Of a stretch of DNA of 64,000 nucleotides, positions 56,279 to 64,000 are shown piece by piece (the first letter of the stretch is position 1; each line of letters opens with the position of its first letter). Below the pieces are notes generated by a model. The model was given only the letters and a program-made list of their open reading frames with translations. It did not search any database and was not told the origin of the DNA. The stretch is taken from assembly GCA_012295275.1 (NCBI GenBank), contig CM022673.1:2852001-2916000 (forward strand), in the 5' to 3' direction. Source of the DNA: Chrysomallon squamiferum (taxonomy: Eukaryota; Animalia; Mollusca). Both the position numbers and the translations under genes were made by a program.

Positions 56279-57312
56279 ACAAACATGTTATGCAGTGTGT
56301 GTATGTGTGCATCTGTAAACATGTGCCAGATATTTTTTGAATGCCAATAAACAGTATTTAACTGTCAAAACTTTAAAGATTATTTTTCATCCAGACATTT
56401 TCAGATTTTGAGATGTGTTTTAATGACAAAATCAGCATAATCTATCTTAAAAAATCATTAAAGTGGATCCTCATTTAAATGTTAGGAAACTGTCCATTTT
56501 TGAGTGCTTTTTAATTTACAGCAAAGATCTGTTATAATATTTGTTAGCAGATTATTTCACAAAGAACCTCTGTAAATATGAGAGTAAACTGCATTGTGTT
56601 TGGACACACTGTTGGTCTTTCTGAGCAACTGGTCAACAACACAGGCATTTGTAAGCCTTCGTAGCAGGTAACAAACAGTCACAGCCTCTTTAACACCTTT
56701 TCAAGGTGTGACAGGTGAAACTTTTTAAAAAAAAAAAAATGAATGGTTGCAGGCTGACATATGACACACCTAGTTTCACCTGAAGCAAAATATTCCAAGG
56801 ATATTTTACTTGTGATAAAACAGTTTTATGGGCTCATTTTCAGTTTTTTCCATTCTTGCCAATATTATAATATTGGTTTATGAACATGTACACAGGCACA
56901 AAGTAACACTGATCTTTAAAACTAATCAAATATCACAATTCACACACACTCTGACCACTGAGCTACATCTTATCACTTAAAAGTGTTTTCCAACCCATTA
57001 CATATTTAAATATATCTTATGAGGTAAATCATTTCATCTGGACATCCTTTACTTATTCATGAAACAATCTGAGAAAAATTAGCACATAGTTAATAATACT
57101 GTTTATAATAAATACATGCAATAACACAATGACATATTAGATCATAGGTGCATATGGACATACATAAAATATCTATGCATACCCATGCATTATAGATGTA
57201 AATAAACACATGTAATAATATACATAGCATTATATCCATCCAGAAACATGCCTAATGCAAATATGCACAGAGCAGAATATACATTTACACATTTACTAGG
57301 TGACAGTACAGG

Positions 57313-57402
<90 letters not shown>

Positions 57403-57519
57403 ATACACCAGGATGTAGGGATTGTTCCTTTGTTTTGCTTCGTTTGTTTTATACAAAAAATAAATAATTAATGAAACTTCAGATTCTTAGAAATCAAATT
57501 AGTAAAATCTATCAGTCAG

Positions 57520-58700
57520 CTTACCAATTATCCGAAAATATTTATATATATAAACAGAGTGTTTGCAACTGATATACTATATAATAGATCGGTGATATTA
57601 TATTACCTTTGAGTCACGTCAATGCAGTTTAAACCGTTGTTTTGTACCAGAATCGTGTGATTATCCAGATTTGCACATTAACACTTGATAAAGGGGAAGT
57701 AACTGTGTTAAACAAGAACCTCCCTTCCTGATATTCTCGGGCATTTAAGCTAGTATTTTCTTTATCCATTCGGGAGCAAAAAATCACGAATATATTATAT
57801 TTTATGTTGATAAATTGGCAGCGATACATTACAAAAGTATGTTCAAATGATCTGCCGGCAATTCAATACTTTTTTTATTTTTTTTTTCACTTAACAAAAC
57901 CGAGGTGTCTGCAATTCTTGAACGTAATTTTCATTATTTTATTTCAGTGTGATTAAAATAATTTTACATTTAAAATTACTATTTGATTTGTTTTATCTGT
58001 AACAGTTATTTCATGCTGATACGAAAATTATAAAATAAAATATTCCTGTCATTGAATGATCAATGGATTATACAAATTATCATTCACCTGTCATTTTGCT
58101 GTTAAAGATTTTTTTTTTTTTTTTTTTTTTTTAAAGACGGATCCGTGAGCTACTAGCTTGTATTCAACGTCAAAGAAGTGATAAAAAAATAATAATCTCA
58201 AAAACGATTGATACAAACAGGCATGTATTTCACAGAGAGTTACCAGAAAATTTCACTTACCGGCTGAAGAGTGGTTAACGTGCAGCAGATTAATAAGCTT
58301 TTAACAAACTCATAACAACGTACGAAGAATCAGACTGCCATGTGAGTCAGCTCCGCCTCCCAAGCTGTTCCAGGTACCTCCCTTGTCTCGTCTGCAAGCT
58401 GCAATAATCTCGATAACGTTCGTTTGTCTGATTCACTTCGATGTGAACATTAATAGAGAAAACTGTAATGCTGTAAACAGCGCGTTTATTGTTATCACAG
58501 TGGGTTAATAAAATGATACTTTCAAAAGTTATTCGTTAAACAAAACATTTATCGGAGGTGGTTAATGGAACAGCCGACGTCGTGTATGACAAAAGTGAAG
58601 ATGCTTTGAAGGAAAATTCTTCTTGCGGATGTAGACTGGGTGTAAGTGAAAAACTGATGAAGAAAAAACGCTTTAAAATGACAACAGCAAAATTAAAAAA
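57520..58700 (-). promoter_or_regulatory. CpG-retaining promoter region of gene A with AP-1, GC-box and AP-1/CRE motifs
   Basis: Many CpGs compared with the depleted background. TGAGTCA at 58343-58349 sits next to CTCCGCCTCC at 58351-58360. TGAGTCACGTCA at 57610-57621. Confidence 0.6.
58261..58340 (-). other. Putative first (non-coding) exon of gene A
   Basis: Near-consensus donor CCG|gtaagt at 58261/58260 inside the only extended CpG-retaining region. The upstream boundary (TSS) is approximate. Confidence 0.65.
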
Positions 58701-58719
58701 AAATATATTGCAAAACAGC

Positions 58720-58753
<34 letters not shown>

Positions 58754-59605
58754 TCTTAAAATTTTTTTATTAAAAAAACCCAACCTAAAATAATTTTTAA
58801 AAACTTTTAACATAAATAAAACAATATAATAATTTTAAAAGAAGCAAATATAAAAAATAATAAATTCATATCTTAATTTCAATTATTGAAATCCATTGGT
58901 TTATCAAAGTGTGTGATATATACTTTCATGTCTATGCAGTGATACATTTTGCTACATTGAAATTGAGATTACACTAAAAACTTACATAAATCTACCCATC
59001 TGTCAGTTATTGTCGTTTGATCAATCCATCTGACCACAGTTTTAATCTGGAAAGGAGATTAAGCTAGATTCAATTAGCATTTTCTTAGCTGCTGTTCATC
59101 TGATGTCAAGATGAAGCCATAAAAATTGACAGCAACCAAATACATTTTACCTGTGCTGCTGTTGTTCTGAGCTGATTAAAAATTATCACAAATTTGTTGG
59201 GTTTTTGTTGGGTATTGAATTGTTTTGATACATCCTTTTCATTCAATCATCAAGTTAAATGCTGTGTTAACTGAATTGGAAAAAAAAAAAAAAAATACAA
59301 AGCTTGTGATGGTATTTGGTATCATTAACTTTGTGTGCCTTCTATAGAAACTGATTACATTTTATGATTTGTAAAAATTTAGACTTAGTTATTTTCAGTA
59401 TGGTTTGGATTTAAATAAATTCAAAGTCACAAGTTATCAAAACGGATTATTTTTTTAATTTTTTTTTTAAAAACTGAAACCAAAAATGCAGAGATTTTTA
59501 TTATACAAAGGTGACAATAAATATGCAAATAAATAATTATTTAACACCTCAGTACATTGACAATAATAATGATTATTATTACTTTCATCATCATCATTTG
59601 ATAAA

Positions 59606-59639
<34 letters not shown>

Positions 59640-59689
<50 letters not shown>

Positions 59690-59900
59690 TGTGCCTGCTG
59701 GTACACAGAAGTCACACAATTCTTTCACCCAAGTCTGACATTGGCCAGAAATTTCTCAATGGTCTCCCATCTCTTTTCCACTTGCTCAGTTCTAATCCAG
59801 TTTGTTTTTGGACATCATCTTTTCCCTTTTCCTCTCAGGAGTTCTGATTCACTGGCAAGGTGTCTTTGCTGGGAGACTGGTTGACCAAAATGACATTAGT
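59640..59900 (-). mobile_element. 3' end remnant of an RTE-clade LINE with (TAA)n tail
   Basis: The minus strand reads RTPERKR/KR*CPKTNWIRT...RWETIEKFLANVRLG*KNCVTSV, resembling the RTE ORF C-terminus (WTPEGKRKRGRPKTTWRRT...W.E.EK.A.DR..WR..V). It is followed directly by (TAA)n. Confidence 0.65.
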
Positions 59901-61240
59901 AATATGCATGGTCTCTTGATTCACTGGACTAATGATTACCAGTGTTGGTAATTATTTTAGTAAAATATGCAGTAGTTTCAAAGAATCTCATGTATTATCT
60001 TCTCTAACACATTAAAGTAAAAATAATAATTTTTGAAAGAGCAACCACGGGTCACTGACTGAAAAAAAAAAAAAAAAGATGAGAAGGACTGATCTTGTAA
60101 TCTATAAATCTGTAATCCTGAGGATGAGTTTTCCACTAGCCTGCATACCATTCCTTCATAGCCAAGTTAGAGAACAACAAAAACAAGTGTAATTAAAGTA
60201 AGCTTGGCAAATTCTTTTAAATCTACCTTCATGCTTTATCAGTTGTCAGTTTTATTTAGAACTTGGCTCTGTATTTTAAGGAAGCTTATAAACAGACACT
60301 CGAGTTTGGCTCTCCTACTGTCTGATACTGAAATGTTTCAGGATACTTCAGAAAATGTTTATGTTAGGCCTAATGGATATTAAACATCAAATTTTCTAAT
60401 GATATTAAGAGAGGAAACCAATTGCCATTATTTCCTGTGCTACTCTTTCCAGTCCATTGTGAGACATCTTCTACAGACTTGTTTTGCAACACACGAACAA
60501 TGGATGGTATGGACATCAGTCAAGCATGTAGGTAATTTTGATCCTGCGATCCTAAATTTCTTTGTACAGGCCCAATTTATTACATTATAAAATGACATAA
60601 TAAATTTTCTTTTTCAGTCATCTATAAATAAGGATAAACTAAATATTGTTCGATTCATAACAAAAATTGCTTTAGAAATATCCATTTTGTTATTATTTTC
60701 TGTTTTAACTATAAAGTGAACTTAATTTTTTTAATTTATTATTATTGTTATCATTTATTAAAAAACAAAAAAACAACCAAAAAAACCAAAAACATCACAA
60801 TATTTGAATATACAATTTTTAAAGAATATTAAAAACTAGAACACCAAAAATGTATTTATTTTTTTAATTCAGTTATGTACCAGTACATGAAATTGCTGCC
60901 AATAATCAGTAAAATTAAATTAGGAACAAGGATGGGTAATGTATTTTTACACCAAAAATAAACATTTAACAGGCGATGTGATCAAGTATATTCTCAAATA
61001 AGAACAGAATGGTAGTTTCACTTAGAAGAGAAGGGTGTATACACATAACACAGACACACACACACATATATACACACCTACACACATGGGTTCTACTTTG
61101 GCATGTGATCTACACCAAACAAATTCTACTTTCACATTTATTTCACACTTATTTCAATTACTTTGTTGATTCTTGGTTTTTCCTTTTATTATGTGTTTAT
61201 AATTTATAGGATAAAAAGCATACAAATTCAAATACTTTTT

Positions 61241-61520
61241 TCAATGAACTGAGTGAACATCTACTGGAAACAAGAGAAAAAGATCTTCAGCATTCTTCCT
61301 CATCTGCAGCCAACAGAAATAGTCTAGATGTGATTGGAAGGTGTTTTGGTTCACTCCTCTCATCTTCTTCAAAATATGAATTTTCAAATCCAACCAGAAT
61401 CTTTCAATTGCTGAGTGATGGAAATTTAGACAATTTAAATTGGAATACACTGGCTATTCATCGGAAGGAATAACCGAATATTCTGCAACTTCTCTTTGAA
61501 TCAAAGAGTGGAATAGTAAT
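61241..61520 (-). mobile_element. Decayed Merlin-superfamily (IS1595/ISXO2-like DDE) transposase fragment
   Basis: The translation LIQREVAEYSVIPSDE*PVYSNLNCLNFHHS/AIERFWLDLKIHILKKMRGVNQNTFQSHLDYFCW fits the ISXO2-like pattern (I.SD.W.AY..L...H..VNH...HT..IE..W...K....RG......YLDEF.W). There is a premature TAG at 61454-61456 and the VNH...HT block is missing. Confidence 0.85.
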
Positions 61521-62504
61521 GAACAACCAAATCATATATTTATTCTGAAATATGTATCGTGCATTAATCTTAAAGGATTTTAAAAAATTCCTCTTATCCT
61601 ATAGAAATTTCCTGGAAATTGATTTTTTGTAGATCACTCTTTTAATTGTAGATCACATGCCAAAGCAGTTTCATGATGTGTAGATCATGTCAAATTAGCA
61701 CCCATGTATTTATGTATGTGTATGTTAAACAACACACAAACATATGAATACACAGTACATATGTGTGTGTTAGAAGGGATTAAGTGAGAGAGAATTTAAA
61801 ACAGAAAACTAAAGAAATCCTTTTTGCCAGTCAGTATGTCTTCTTGCATAAATAATTATTATTAACTATTAAAATTTAAAATAAAAATCTCAACAATGTT
61901 TTCTTTTATTTCCAGCTTTTTATGGATCATGATTTTGCAACTTCTGTTAATTCATAATTATTGTTTATCAAGATGATGAACAATGACTACCCAGATTTTA
62001 TAATGTTAAAAGAAAAAGCAAAAATGCTAAAACTAAAGTGTAAAATGCTACAGATTATGAGATCCAATACCTGGATATATACATATAAATGTAAATGCAC
62101 AAAATAAATTGACACACACAAAAAAAAAAAGAGAAAATATTTATATCAATTCTGAATAAAATCATTTTGTGATCACTTGTGATATTCTGCAGAATGACCT
62201 AATCCAATAAAGAGAAAGAAAAAGAAAAAAGAAAAGAAAGGAAGTCAAATGTTTAATCACTTTTTTTTTACTATTTTATACTATTTTAGTTGTATATTAA
62301 AATGGTAATCAATTTTAAAAAGTAAAATAGAAAATACCTTTCTTTCATGAATTGCAAGTCTTTTAACAATTTAAATATTTAAAAGGGTAACCCATTATAG
62401 CCATTTAAAAAAGAAAAAAAAGAGACAGGAAAAAAACAAATTCAAAACTTAAACATCAACAAAATGTTTTAACAAATTGCACATCTAGTTTATTCAACAT
62501 TGCA

Positions 62505-64000
62505 CTAGACTGAATCTTCCACCTCAATCTCATTTCCATAAGAAATGATCTCCACAACTTGTGTGTCGCCTTGTTCTCCCAGATCACTATCAATCTCTGA
62601 AGCAACATCCATGGTCTTGTAGGACAATGTATTTGAAACTTCTAGAATATTCCCTTCTGAATCTACTGAACAGTACAGTTGTTGATGATCAGGAGAAATT
62701 ATTTTTTTTCTTGTCCATTTATTCACAGAATCTGCATCTCCTGCAGGTGACATTAAGCACTGTTGAGCATTGCTTGGCTTTAAATGATGTTGAGAATATG
62801 TCTGCTCTTTTTGTGGCACAAAATCCACAGAATTTTGTTCATGGTTTTGCCCAAGTTGTTTTTTAGGTGCTGGAGCAGAAGAATACTGTTCAGTGGATCC
62901 AGTGCTTGTCACTGTTGGCAGTTTAAAAGGTATCTCCAAATTAGAAGGCTCCTCTTTCCTTTCATTATAATTTGTCTGTATTGTCCGGACTTCAGTTTGG
63001 GAAGGTAATGGAGTAAATGACTTTGCTGATGAAATTTTAAAGGCGGGTATTACCGGTGTTTGTGGACAGATTCTTGGCACTGTCTGAGACATACTAGCTA
63101 CCTGACTTTTAGCTAGTTTGTTCTCTGACTGTTGGGACTTCTGATGAAGTGCCGAGATGGATGAATTACTGATTTCAAATGATTTTAGGGCAGACATATT
63201 TTGTTCTGCTTGAACTTCTGCTCTGTTTGAATAACTCAATTTGTGAACACCCTGTCTTTCGCTGTCTTTGTTTTTATCATAATTACTGATTACTCTATCA
63301 AGAGAAAAACATGGAGCAGGATTACAATTCTGATGACTGCTAGATGAAAAATATGATGATGAATGTGATGGTGATGGTGGTGCTGTGTGTCTTGATTTAA
63401 TTTCTGTAGGTTGTGATGAACTGCTGTATGGTTGTGGTATCATCAGATGACTTGGATTGTGTGTTGGTGACATCAGATGTGCTCCTGTATGAGATGGTGA
63501 CATCAGATGACCTGGTGTATGAGTTGGTGACAACATCACAGTTCTACCATCTACTGTGACACTGTCAGCACCATCAGGAACAATGTAAACATGAATGACA
63601 GTCTGGCCAGCAGACTCTTCAGGGACAAGTATCATCTGAACTTTCTTATCTGATGCATCATTTCCTGACATATTTTCTGATGGAGGTCTCAGCTGTCCTG
63701 TATGATCCACCTCAATCACAGGATGGACTTGTTCAGGGATCTGCTGCATCACTATATTACCACTCACAGAATGTCCATGAATCACAGATTTTGGTGGTGA
63801 AAATGATGCATCCTTCTGTGGTGTTGTACACACTTCCAGATCAACAGTTGCATCCTCCTGGACATCAGTAATTCTGCTAGCAGCTGGTTTTACTTTGCCT
63901 GGGACAAATGGAACAGCTTCTGATGAAGGTTTCTCACTGTCTTCACTGCTGTCAACCTGTTCTTGTCGGCTACAACTCATGCTGACCAGAATCTCAACCA
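62505..64000 (-). CDS. Long terminal coding exon of gene B (partial, runs off the window edge); disordered Ser/Pro/Gln/His-rich C-terminal region, possibly of a nuclear regulatory protein
   Basis: The 491-aa ORF stays open upstream of the annotated Met to the window edge (VEILVSM...). Stop TAG at 62505-62507 is followed by AT-rich UTR-like DNA and an AATAAA (plus-strand tttatt 62489-62494). No recognisable domain. Confidence 0.85.
   Translation of the reverse strand, partial: VEILVSMSCSRQEQVDSSEDSEKPSSEAVPFVPGKVKPAASRITDVQEDATVDLEVCTTPQKDASFSPPKSVIHGHSVSGNIVMQQIPEQVHPVIEVDHTGQLRPPSENMSGNDASDKKVQMILVPEESAGQTVIHVYIVPDGADSVTVDGRTVMLSPTHTPGHLMSPSHTGAHLMSPTHNPSHLMIPQPYSSSSQPTEIKSRHTAPPSPSHSSSYFSSSSHQNCNPAPCFSLDRVISNYDKNKDSERQGVHKLSYSNRAEVQAEQNMSALKSFEISNSSISALHQKSQQSENKLAKSQVASMSQTVPRICPQTPVIPAFKISSAKSFTPLPSQTEVRTIQTNYNERKEEPSNLEIPFKLPTVTSTGSTEQYSSAPAPKKQLGQNHEQNSVDFVPQKEQTYSQHHLKPSNAQQCLMSPAGDADSVNKWTRKKIISPDHQQLYCSVDSEGNILEVSNTLSYKTMDVASEIDSDLGEQGDTQVVEIISYGNEIEVEDSV
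63441..63536 (-). repeat. Coding 30-bp repeat, ~3 copies (MLSPTHTPGH LMSPSHTGAH LMSPTHNPSH LM)
   Basis: catcagatg recurs at 63441, 63471 and 63501, a 30-bp period. Confidence 0.9.

Noticed and set aside
34633-57456. Numerous CV/HT/YI/ER/SL-repeat ORFs
   Set aside because: Dinucleotide and tetranucleotide microsatellite artefacts.
62561-63871. Plus-strand ORFs antisense to gene B
   Set aside because: Shadow ORFs of the long minus-strand exon.

Overview
Eukaryotic genomic DNA: very AT-rich, CpG-depleted and dense in microsatellites. It looks like an invertebrate, probably a gastropod mollusc (inferred from the repeat landscape only). Most of the window belongs to one large minus-strand gene. 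Its likely main promoter and first non-coding exon lie in a CpG-retaining island at ~58.3 kb. The start-codon exon is 30668-30885 (59 aa). After a 21.7-kb intron comes a ~1.07-kb phase-0 exon (8957 to ~7890) encoding an acidic, disordered region with NPxY motifs and a KEEVEVA heptad array. The gene probably continues past the left edge. Several more candidate first exons with donor sites (2.7, 16.6, 33.2, 50.3 kb), two of them with distinct transcription-factor motif sets, suggest a multi-promoter locus. The right edge holds the long last coding exon (>490 aa, disordered) of a second minus-strand gene. The ~4-kb gap between the genes holds a decayed Merlin (IS1595-like) transposase and the 3' end of an RTE LINE. 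The rest is SINE/MITE remnants, minisatellites and simple repeats. Nearly all short ORFs in the track are microsatellite or shadow artefacts. I could not assign either protein to a family from the visible sequence.
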